From NCBI GenBank assembly GCA_977030845.1, contig OZ365115.1:20956001-21020000 (forward strand): DNA of 64,000 bases, read 5' to 3'. The stretch is from Fimbriosthenelais zetlandica (Eukaryota). Both the position numbers and the translations under genes were made by a program. Shown here one piece after another: positions 9,101-19,900 of this stretch (position 1 is its first letter; each line of letters opens with the position of its first letter). Under the pieces are notes generated by a model, which did no database searches, had not been told where the DNA came from, and saw nothing but the letters and a program-made list of their open reading frames with translations.

Positions 9101-11891
9101 GAGCCTCCGAATCAAGAACAGTATGCTAGCGCTTATTATAAAAAAAATATTGTTATTTTTCTGTATTTTATTATTGTAATTTCTACAGTGTCTGTAAAGG
9201 AAACAAATTTTCGGATGTTAGTAACTGGGGTCGAAACCTAGGGACTAGATAGGTGCAAGTTTTTTGACTTAATAGATGTAAAGTAAAGTATTTTCTAAGA
9301 TTTTTTCTTTATTTTTCAACCTAGAGAATTCTTGTTTTAGGGGTTTCTGATCGTCTGTAGGTGAGACTAGATGACAGAAATGAAAACCTCAAAAAGCCAG
9401 AAATGAAATTCAAGAAATCTCTAAGAAATATTAAGAAATTCTCCATTTGTCTCTTCGGAAATATCATTTTGGAAAAATCGAACAGATCAAACAATAAAAT
9501 TAAAGTGTCAAAAACAAACAAAATCAAAGTCCCACGTCTCCACCCTAGTGACTCCCGCTGTGGTCTTTTTTGGTGCAAATTTTTCGCTAGAAAAAGACAT
9601 CAAACACAAGCGAGTGTCTTTGACTCGATAACCTCAAATGAATTTAGACGGAATTCAAAAAAAAATAATATCTGCACTGAAAAAGATCTCAAAAAAATGA
9701 AGAAGAAAAAATACAGACAACTAAAAGTTTGCTTCCTTTCTGCTTGTCGTTGCAGATCTTTGATTCCAAGTCGGACCTGTTGGTGCATTCCCAGCACGTC
9801 CACAAGCAGGACCCCAAACCCTACAAATGCCCCACATGTAATAAGTGTTTTGCAAACTCGTCATACCTGTCGCAACATGCGCGGATTCATTCGGGGATCA
9901 AACCGTACCGCTGTCAGATCTGTGAGCGCAAGTTCACGCAGCTGTGTCACCTTCAGCAGCACACGCGAACGCACACTGGGGAGAAACCCTACAAGTGCCA
10001 GCACCCCGGCTGTGGCAAGGTATGTCCGATTTTTCTTGTGTTTCTCTTACTTTATAAATACTTTTTCTTACCTTTTCTTACTTTTCTTGCGTTTTTTTAC
10101 TTCATGAATATTATTCTCTTCCTTTCTTTTGAACGAAAACACCACTTTAGCTTTACGTATTTTTAGGATAATCTTTTTTCCTTTTTATTTAATCACAGGT
10201 GGTTTTACTATGGGTGCTTATGTTGTATTTTCAAATAGCTCTTCTATTAGGTCTAATGAATAACACATTTCTACGATGCTTTGTCTTTTGTTGCTATTAT
10301 GTTTCTTTTCCTTACTATTCACAGCATAGGCTTACATCTATGTAGACCTATAATTATGGGACCTCAAATCTTTCAACTGGTGGCCTGTTTCAAAAGAGAA
10401 TATGTTGTATTTGTCCATAGGCTAAATATTGGCTAACACAGCATATATATCCTTCTTATGAAAATAACACGATCTTAGCTACTTTTTCACTTGAACTGTA
10501 ATAAATCCATGTGTTACAGATAATTTAAAACTTTTATCTGTAAAAGGCTACATGAATCATTATTTAATTTCCATCAAAACATTTCCTAAAAAAGGGGACT
10601 CAAAGCTTTTCGGATTGAGAAGTCTTCTGTCTCCATGGACTATATATACTGACCTCTACAAATCTCAGTAGATAGATTTTGAATGTCTGATTGTATCAAA
10701 TAAAACCCTAACTTTTTCAGTCACTTTGTCATCATAATCCGCATGAAGTGGATGAAATGACGTTCCCTTAATCGGTTTACGAAATATGATCTAAGTTCTA
10801 TTCTAGAGACATTTTAAGAAAATGGACAAGAAGTTTATTATTTTCTCATTGAGACAAGACCATTATTGCAACTCTATCTTTATTTCACTTAGTTGAGTAT
10901 TCCAATTTTGTGTTAGTTTCAAAATTCTTTCCCATAATAATCAGATACAATTATCTTGATGACTTGGTCTTTCGGGACAGCTAGGATGACTATGCAGTGA
11001 GTCTGGGGTTTATTTCAAAAGGAAAATTCACTACCATAGTCTATAATCATGGACTAACGTAATAGATCTTCCTTGTGAAACATCCCTAGCCTTCTTGCAA
11101 GTTCCATGGTCAGCTGTTTCATGAGTTTCCTACTCTTGCAGGCCTTCACCCAGCTCTCCAATCTGCAGTCGCACTCTCGCTCACACATGACCGACAAGCC
11201 ATACAGATGTAATTCATGTTATAAGTGCTTTGCTGATGAGATGGGACTGAGGCAACATATTCCCAAGCACTCCGAGACCAAGCATCTGAAGACCCACATA
11301 TGCCACATCTGTGGGAAGAGTTACACCCAGGAAACCTACCTGACACGGCACATGGCTAAGCACTCCTTCGACAATTCGAACCGGACTGGCCTCAACAAGG
11401 GCCTGATGCCTAGTTCAACCACGTCCCAACATTTGGTGCCGAGGCATGAGCCGTTAGACATAAAACCCCAGATCGATGGAAACGGCATAGCGACGTCTCC
11501 AGATGCTGTCTCGTCGAAACCAAACTCGGCATTCATGCCACTTCCTCACCAGTATGGCGGCTCTAATATGATGAACAGTTCGGTGACGAGCAACTTCCCT
11601 TTCCCTCCTCCACGCCTCCCCTACAGCACTCTAAATTCCCCGTTACCCCATATATCCTCAGTGTCAACGGCATCTCGTTCGTTCCCATTTGCGGAACCGG
11701 TGTCGTTTCAGAAGAGAGATACGGGGATCGGGGAGCGGATGGGTGTGGGCACAGGTAGAGATGGGAACTTCATAGCCAACTCGCTGCTCAGTCTTCAACA
11801 GATCAAGAACTTTTCGTCCACTCACAGTTCCCACTTAGGACCTTTCTCCAAGAGTGAACCAAGCTCTCCTGTCCATAAAGAATTCTCATGA
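2933..11891 (+). CDS. rn: Spliced six-finger C2H2 transcription factor, rotund/squeeze/LIN-29 (ZNF362/ZNF384) family; join(2933..3169,9756..10019,11142..11891), 416 aa from this ATG
   Basis: Three ORF segments join in frame through GT-AG phase-0 introns (3170-9755 and 10020-11141). The fingers are YHCRMCDQ|[72 protein letters not shown]|[38 protein letters not shown] and [50 protein letters not shown] and HIPKH...[19 protein letters not shown] are hallmarks of this family as I recall them. Orthology to rn versus sqz/lin-29 needs a tree. Confidence 0.93.
4461..4470 (+). promoter_or_regulatory. Candidate PBX/MEIS(PREP) decamer TGATTGACAG, intron 1
   Basis: Exact match to the established PBX-MEIS/PREP (Exd-Hth) consensus. 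A second exact copy lies at 5715-5724. Confidence 0.35.
4923..4936 (+). promoter_or_regulatory. Candidate nuclear-receptor DR2 element GGGTCA-TT-AGGTCA, intron 1
   Basis: Two RGGTCA half-sites spaced by 2 nt. Motif match only. Confidence 0.3.
5520..5830. promoter_or_regulatory. Intronic regulatory or alternative-promoter-like segment (GA run, YY1/Pho site, PBX/MEIS decamer)
   Basis: GA repeat near 5520-5531, CAAAAATGGCCGCC at 5624-5637, TGATTGACAG at 5715-5724. It is GC-richer than the flanks. Confidence 0.35.
6105..6146. repeat. Exact 21-bp tandem duplication (tgtcgaattcattcatgaatc x2)
   Basis: Units 6105-6125 and 6126-6146 are identical. Confidence 0.9.
8293..8510. promoter_or_regulatory. 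Cluster of CRE-like TGACGTCA motifs in intron 1
   Basis: Perfect TGACGTCA at 8305, 8452 and 8474, plus variants TGACGTTA, TAACGTCA, TGATGTCA and TGACGTTG. This is either an enhancer or a repeat relic. Confidence 0.4.
9756..10019 (+). CDS. rn: Exon B (264 nt, phase 0-0): helix of finger 1, fingers 2-3, Cys pair of finger 4
   Basis: Acceptor ttgtcgttgcag| at 9754-9755 and donor aag|gtatgt at 10020. It encodes IFDSKSDLL...HPGCGK with HSGIKPY and HTGEKPY linkers. Confidence 0.95.
11142..11891 (+). CDS. rn: Exon C (terminal): helix of finger 4, fingers 5-6, Ser/Pro-rich C-terminus, TGA stop
   Basis: Acceptor ttcctactcttgcag| at 11140-11141. It encodes [11 protein letters not shown]...SPVHKEFS, with the stop at 11889-11891. 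Confidence 0.95.
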   Translation, partial: AFTQLSNLQSHSRSHMTDKPYRCNSCYKCFADEMGLRQHIPKHSETKHLKTHICHICGKSYTQETYLTRHMAKHSFDNSNRTGLNKGLMPSSTTSQHLVPRHEPLDIKPQIDGNGIATSPDAVSSKPNSAFMPLPHQYGGSNMMNSSVTSNFPFPPPRLPYSTLNSPLPHISSVSTASRSFPFAEPVSFQKRDTGIGERMGVGTGRDGNFIANSLLSLQQIKNFSSTHSSHLGPFSKSEPSSPVHKEFS

Positions 11892-11991
11892 TTTCCACGG
11901 GATCCTGCTGGACAAGAGGCAACAGAGCTGTTCTACCATCAGACTGAGTAACTGAGAATATGTTAAATCAATCAACAAGGCAACAAGACAT

Positions 11992-12022
11992 CCAACCAAC
12001 CAACAACCAACCAACCAACCAA
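11992..12022 (+). repeat. (CCAA)n microsatellite in the presumptive 3' UTR
   Basis: ccaaccaaccaacaaccaaccaaccaaccaa, about 100 nt after the stop codon. Confidence 0.85.
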
Positions 12023-13651
12023 GCAGACATCTAATAAGATCAATACAAATGTGATTTATTTTGTTTGGTTTATTGTTTTTGGTATGTATAAGTTGCAAAT
12101 AACCATCCATCACCACCAGACAGTCGTATAGGCTAACCCCCGCATGAATCCAATACCATACATTTGGTATCATTATTTCTGTGTCCGATTTTGTGTGTCC
12201 TTATTCACGTACATTCTTGTTGAAGGAACGGTCATGGTTCGACAATGTAATGTATGAGTCGAAGGGCAAAATATGATATTTAGTGACATACATAGTGTCA
12301 TAGTTATTTGAGGGTCTTAGAGAAACGAAATACTATACATAGCACACGTGCAACAGCCATTATTTAGGTCTTACGCTACGCAAATATATCACAGATATTT
12401 GAGAAAGTTGGGGAAATATTAATGAAATGTTTATTATACTTTTTATTATCTTTTTGTGTGATAATTTTGTGATGCAAATCCCATGTACATGGTAAATATG
12501 ATTATCATAATTATCTAGACAAATGTGTTCATTCACTACTATTAATAGAAAACTGCCACGTTACTAAACCGCCACCCAGTGGCTGTAAAACCTATACCAA
12601 CATGGCTATCGACTTGACGATTTTAGATTTCATTAGTATCTCTATCTATGAACGAATGTATGCCAGAAAAAAAGAGCACCCAAAAACTGCCAAAGACTCA
12701 ATAGACAAAGCTCACTATATATAATGAATGACTTCCAAGGTCAGAAACAGACTCTTATGGCATTGGGCTAAAGCTGGTTTGCCTCTCCTTTTTTGTACCA
12801 ACATATTCTTCTCATAAAACTAGGCTTCTGAGAAGTCAACTCTCTTATGTATTCCAAAAATGCCAAACTGAAATCTGAAATCTGTCAAAGTCTCTTTATG
12901 TTATACACATAATCCTAGGCCCTTGGCGTTTGAAAGACATAATTTCTTTACCCTTTAATTGGTTTATTCCTTTCTAAAAGGTGGAGTCAAAACTTAACCA
13001 AACATATCGCCCCGTCAGGTTTTTTTTCCTTTTGAAATGGTCGATTTTTTAAATGGTGCTGTGGCAGTTTTTCTTTGATATTTGAAGTAAAAATGGGAAA
13101 GTGTTTATAAAAACAATCTTCAAACCATGCATTCCAACTTGTGTTAGTTGCTTAAAAAGTACCAGAAATTTTGCTTGATTATTTCAAAACAACGGCTACT
13201 TAATGTTTTAAAAATATTTTCGCTTGCCATGTGTACTATTCTTTGGTTTTTCTGCCAAAACACACAAACGATTCATTCTGCAGAAACAGCGTGCCATAGA
13301 ATAAGATCCAGCTCTCTTATCTTATACGTGTCCATGTTTGAAAATGAGGGACAATTGAAAACATCAATTGTATAAATATCTGTATGTTTATTGGAAATCT
13401 TTAGAGCATAGATATTTTCAAGTGCCTTGTCCCCTGTATTGGACGCTAAATATCAATGAAACAAATTATCCAAGATTGTTTTGAAATAATCCTAAACAAA
13501 AATATTTGTCAATCGGAGTTTCCTTTTAGTCTAACTTCCTAAGATGATGCTATAATATTTTCACAATATACAAGCTTAGATATGATATATTTACTCACAG
13601 CTTCGAAACACTTTCCCCTTCTAAAGGACAAGTGGTCATTACCCAAGGTTA

Positions 13652-13657
13652 AAATAA
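13652..13657 (+). terminator. Candidate polyadenylation signal AATAAA (would imply a 3' UTR of about 1.8 kb)
   Basis: First canonical AATAAA I found after the stop at 11891. There is no transcript support. Confidence 0.3.
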
Positions 13658-16600
13658 ACCATACTAACAGCCATTGAAATTAACATCATAATTGTACAAA
13701 ATGTTTATAAACGATGATCATTTCCACGTCTATAACCAACATTTAGAGGCAGTCTGGATTGTTTTGACTGAGTAGGTGCTTAACAAGGTCAGGTGCTTCA
13801 ACAAGAAATAATACGCAAAAGTTATGAAAAAGACCCAGGGTCTGTGTATGATAAAATATAGTCGTCAACCAATTTACGCAAACATGCACTTATGTAACAC
13901 AGGTATTGAAAGTAGGTTGCGAAATCTACACAAGCCACACTCTGTATTTATGTATTTTTTTATGTGAGAAAGTCTCATTATTTGTATTATTTAGTCTAAA
14001 GACAGATACCTGTTCCTTGCATAATCAATGTGAAAAGGGGTCATAATCATTGTGCATAAATTGTAATCTCATTTGCAGTATCATTCTGACCATTTTGATG
14101 ATGTCAATGCTTACTTTGTTTGACCATAATGTGACTATGTGACTCCCATACACTCACTCCTATACATGAGGAAAACCAACGCTTCAAATGGTGAGTAGAA
14201 TTTACTTTTGTACTTAATCATGAGAGAAAATGTTTCGGCATTATACATTTCTGGTTATCTGAAAGATCATACATCATAAATGTTTTATATGTTTCTGTCC
14301 AATAACTGTATGTCAGTTAATGCGTTGGTGGAGGCTTGAAAAGCCCATTGTCTGTCGTTTCGAATCTGATTTTAATACTTAAACGCTGAAGTGAAATGTA
14401 AAGTGAAGGCTTGGATAACCAGATGCAAATGAAACTCGTGCCGGTGGTGCAGACCGTGAGTTATGGTTATGGCCATCAATTGTACATTTGTGCCCACCAC
14501 TTTATGATCTATTAACCTCGTCCCACACAAGGGGTCCATCCTACTTGTAAATTCCCTCATTACAATCTTAATCTCATCCACATTATTTGAATGAAGCCTT
14601 CTTCTCATTGTATAAATTTCGAATCAGTGTATCTTGGCTTAATCGTCCAGCCCTAGTCCAATCCTCTGACGAAAAAAAAGTTTCGGCTTTAAAGCACTCA
14701 GTTGCGATAATCATGATTGAATTCCTAATGAGGAATTATATTGAGCCTGACTGTATACTCCCACATGACAGTTCTTTGTGAGACCCTGGGCTGCTTATTG
14801 TTTTAACCTTCATGGAAATCTCAGAATTTGGCCGAAGAAAACAACAACCAATAGTCAATAGACTAACTGTCACATAACCCATCCTGTCTATAATGGTTCA
14901 ATACTAGCCCATGGTTTAGGTGTATTTTTAGATTTGGCAGCCTGTGTATATATGGTCATTGTATAACCACCCATCAGATCTATCTGTGCCAAGGACCACC
15001 AAAACAACATTGGCAGGGATTCCGAATGAATTCAAGTCTGCATACACCGTTTGATAGTTGAGAGACCCCCACGCATCCCCCTACTATATACCCCTCACTG
15101 CAATCAACAATACCTACCAACAGTAGTCCACCTTCCCCAATAGCTTCCCTTCTACCCACCCGCTTTGCCATTCCCTCAACAGCAATATTGATAACAACCT
15201 CCTGCCTGACAGCTCCAAATTCCAGCAACATGAAGCCCTCATTAATGTTTTAGTAATCCTTTGTTGGGAGTTGTGGTAAAAAAACAAGGGCGCTGGGTGC
15301 GAAGGGTCTTTCATGGAGGATGGGAGATTCCAAGGCTAGAGAAGGAAGTGAGCCATGGAAGTGGGCGCAGGCGGACTAGCCCAGCCCAGCCGCTTTGTAT
15401 TGCACCCAGAACAATGTATTTAATTTGTTAGAATCCCTGTTGTTCAGGGCCTGCTCCTCTCGTTCCATCCCAGCCTCATTCAGTGTGTGTGTGTGTTGAG
15501 ATTTAAGGATTAAAACCCAGGGTTGGGAGGATGTGCATGCATAGTGGTATAGACTCGCAGGGTCCACGTGTTTGATAGCATTTAAAGCTTATGACATGCA
15601 TGGCGATCAAAACCTGGGTGAGATTGGAAAATGAATTGGATTACTTTCGGCCATACTCAGTTGAAAATTGAAATTTAAACTTTTTAAATCTCATAAAAAT
15701 GATGGTGTTAAGACCAGAGAATACGTGTATATATTCTTGGGAAGATGGGATCTGAGCATGCAAGAGGGAAGGGAGAAGCTCATCCAGGCCTAGTGAACCA
15801 TCTACAAAGGCTATTTATAAGGAAGAGGGATAAAACATGGACATGGTGGATCTCAGCTTGCATGATTGCCATGTAAACAATCAAGGGCAAACACAGCATA
15901 CCATCTCCTCTTCATCAACCTTTAAAAACGCCAATAAGAACCTGCCACCACCCTTACCATACTCATTCCCCCCTCTTCCATCGGCCTAGACCTCAGTGTG
16001 TGGAATTCAATGGAATTATGAAATTTAAACCTTATAAGGAAGTAAAGATTTGTCAAAATGGATGCAGTGCAAGAGGGGGAGAAGACCGAGGAGGCAGGAG
16101 TCTGGGAAGGTGGCATGCGCACGGTGGATGGAGGGAGAAACTCGCCTTGATTCTATTCCGTGGCGGTGTGTGCTAGGGAGGAATGGATTTTTTTATCAGT
16201 GTAGTGTTACGTAATGGTTCCTGCATATATTAGCCTGCCATGGCTGTTCCTTGATGGCGTGCACTGCCTCCAAATGCTCCCCTTTTCAGCCTCTCTGCTC
16301 GCTTCATCCACTTCAAACAGAATGCAGCCATTCTGAGTAGTGGTGACGGGGAGAGACAGACAGAATAGGTGAAGGAAGTGAAGGGAAGAGCATAAGCAGT
16401 GGAATGGAATAGAGGTCTAATATCGAAAAAGTTTGAAAACATCTGATATTGGAAGAAGAGGAAGAAAGGATGAACAAGATGACTTTCGAACTCGAAGAGT
16501 ATGAAAAAGAACTGGAATGTCAAAGATTGGGAGGCAATGAGGGAAGCCTCATGAAAGGTTGGGAAGGCGGACAGAAGGTCAAGAGAGATGACAAGACAGG

Positions 16601-16903
16601 AAAGGGGGAAGGGAAGAGAATATGAAGGATGATCAGGAGAAGAGAAGGAGGGAATTAAGTAAGGGGGAAGAGATCAATGGTCTGCTGTGTTGTGATCCCC
16701 AATGTACAGATGCCTGTCCCAGAAAGCCAGCCAACCAGGCCCCCCTCAGCCTTTGATCAGCCAGGGATAGCATCACCAGGAAATGCAATGTACCTCCTGA
16801 AAAATTGCCTTTTTTTGTTCTGCCAGAATCGCCCAAAGCCTATAGGTTTCTATGGCTACACCGGTTCTTAGTGGGGGTTGTGCGGGTGAGTGAAAGGATG
16901 GTT

Positions 16904-16927
16904 GGGGGAAATGGGGAGGGTGGGGGG
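16904..16927 (+). other. G-quadruplex motif
   Basis: GGGGG-AAAT-GGGG-A-GGG-T-GGGGGG. Confidence 0.55.
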
Positions 16928-19900
16928 AGTGAGAGAGGCAGATGGATGACTGGTGTGCGTTGTTGCGTAATAGGCAAGGCATAAATTAGAGGCACCCCAG
17001 GGGTAAACGTGGCACACACTGCTAACTGGCAGGCTAGGGCAGCCATGGGTGAGGCTGAAGAGGGGGGAAGGCCAGTTGTGTTATGCTCCACTGAGCTTAT
17101 GCTCTAAATTCACCAAACTCTGCTCACAGCCAAATAAATAACGAGCGTAAAATTTTGCAAAACCTACCAGGCAGCTTTTCTAATTTGATGTGATTTAATC
17201 CTCGACCGGAAATTTGGAGAGGAAATTGGGTTTTACGTTGAGGATATTCAATGGGTGCAATCTAAGAGCAGCATAGTTAAGAAGCATATGTTCGAAGCAT
17301 GGAAATGACTGCCGTATAGGATGGGAGAGCCAGACGTGCATAGCCAATCTGTGTGTAAGCCTTGCATGCGGACAGACAGAAATGACCACTGTCCCATCAC
17401 TGGGTTGATATGATGGGCTTCTGTATCTGCCCATGACCATTGAAGCACCCCCGATCAGCCATTGTAAGCTCTACCCCCGCAGTATCATCTACCCCCGCAC
17501 GCACCATGAGAGACCCATGTCATTGCCGACAATGATACGTCACTTATTGGTTATGACAGAATGGGGAATCATGCCTCATCCTTCCAGATCCAGGCATCCA
17601 GTTACGTAATGGCTATATTACCTAATCTTACCAGCAAGAGAGGGGGTGCGAAAACAAGTCATGCTTGGCCAAAGCCGTATTGAACAAAGGCAGGACTTTC
17701 ACGATTGCCCATCACCACTTGTCTGAAACACCCTTTACGAAAGTCATCTCTTAATCCTATATTGACCCAAGTTTGTCATTTTTTCACTGATTATTTTTCA
17801 AGCTGCCTCTATGCTTTAAACATCCTTGACAGAAGCCGGATTACCGAGCGGGGCAGGGTGATCAGGTGTCCAATCTCAACCAGATCTCTCACATCCGCCA
17901 TTTTAAAGATGAGCACCTTTTGAATGAAGCATTTGAAGCAAGGAAATATGATAGAAATCTGGCGCCTCGCTGATCTGTGAAAAACAAATGGAATTGCCCT
18001 GGAATTTTTTAATTGACTCATTGGGATCAGCCCATCTGCTGGTCGAGATGTTATTTCATCTACTACACCTAGCGGCGCTCACCAGAAACAACTCCTGAAC
18101 TGCTCGCTGGCTCAGTCGGTAAGCAGATGGCGGGAGCAGATGCTGGCTGGCATGACAGGCTTGACGAGTGATATTAGTCCTATCTAGTCAGCTTCCCATG
18201 CCTCCTCCACTTTTATTTTTAGACGTGTCTTCTTTTTCGGCCATCTTTTTGTTGACTTTTTTGCCAGTCTCAATTCCGGAACCCCCTCTTGCATCAGCCC
18301 AACCTTCCTCGTTGAAAAAGCAATGGTAGATTTAGCCAGCAACACCCTTTGAGGAGTTTTCTTAATGCTACCCTGGGAAATGGTGTGCTTGTTTGTTTTA
18401 ATTTGCGCCACCAGTTTCCTCCAACCATCATGGAGTGATGGGCTGAGTAGTAGTGCCATCCCTCATCCCATCCATACACCCGTCAAACATCCCTCCACCC
18501 GCTCCTCCCTAACTGCTCTTCCCCAAACATCATCTATGACATCCCAACCCAACACCAAGCGATTGTCCATGGAAAAAAAACAGGCAAATCAGGTAATTCC
18601 AGAAAGCTGGGGAATATTTGAAAAGTAAAACGGCATATTTGAAATAGAAGACGAAAAATAAAACGGGAATTGCATGGAGATCCTATTGCAAGCACTGTTC
18701 ATGTGTGGGGTGGGTTCGGAAGCTATCATCTTGAGAAACGCTACTGGCAGGAGCACTTGTGGACATTTTACAAGTTTGCTGCTTTTCACTGAAATTGATT
18801 TTGGTGAGTCTGTGAGTGTTTGCTCCGTCCCTTTCTCCATCTCTGTGAGTACTTGCAACTTAGTGAAAATACCCCAAGATGCAAAATGCCATTAAAATGA
18901 AATGGAACGGTTGAAATTGAAGCTTTTCGCCTCTTCCACTGACACATTTGCATGTTTAATTGGCCTTTTGAATGCTGCCCCTCGAGGTAAAATTGAACCA
19001 CTTTGTTCTGCCGCTTCTACAAGACAGGCATTTGATATAGCTGTGCAAAATATATTACAGGTCTCTAATCCCCCACTTTCCAAATAGGCCGGGGAATACG
19101 AGAAATCCATTATGATTTTCTTCGTCATCAAGGGATTTAAAATGGCTGGGGCGACTGCCATTATTCTAACTCCACGCCTATTTCATGTTCCAGCGCACCA
19201 CCCTACAAAAGCCCCTCGAATTTGATTCCTCAAATGCACATCAATTCGGAAAGGGGATATTGTCATTTTTGAAACATTTTGTTCTGTTCGTCCACTAGCA
19301 TCTTAATATTAAAGAGATTGTTATGAAAGAGAAAATGGGGGAGGGGGTGTTCTTGGAGAGTGGGTTTAGAATGGGGATGAAGCTTTGACTTTTGATCATT
19401 ACCACCATAGTCCCCCCCACCCATAATGAGTGAAAGATCTGAACGACACTTTCTGTCCCAACCCCTTGTCCTTCTGTCTCCCCATCACATAACAACATGA
19501 CTCGTTCCCTACCTGGCTCATGTAAAAGGCGGCGCGTGAAAACATCCCTCCCCATTAGTTGGAAGTCTGAAATTATTTGACTTAAAAAGCTTGCAACCTT
19601 GATTCTGAATCAAAGGCATCCTAGCAAAATGGAACAGACGTATTCTATCCTATGAGAGAGTTGGAGGAGGCGGCAAGGAAAAGTGGGCTGATAGAAGTTC
19701 TTCTCGGATGCAATTTTCCTCGCGTCGTCATTCGATAACTTCTCGTATGTCACCTATGTACATGCCTATAATTTCACAGGTAAAAGGGCAGTCGTTTCCT
19801 TTCCCCGGTAACAAATTTCCAATTACAATTAGGACAAATTACAGTCATTCTATTCTGGTTTTCAATTTCAAAATACACTGCCTGCAAAAATATTCCTCTG

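Noticed and set aside
9361-10107. 248-aa Lys/Arg-rich ORF overlapping exon B in another frame
   Set aside because: It arises from A-rich intron sequence plus an off-frame reading of the zinc-finger exon. It has no domain features.
11892-13660. let-7 (CTACCTC) or miR-125/lin-4 (CTCAGGG) seed sites in the 3' UTR, expected if the gene were a direct heterochronic miRNA target
   Set aside because: None was found by eye in the presumptive UTR. Single miR-124 (GTGCCTT, 13422) and miR-1-like seeds are within chance expectation.
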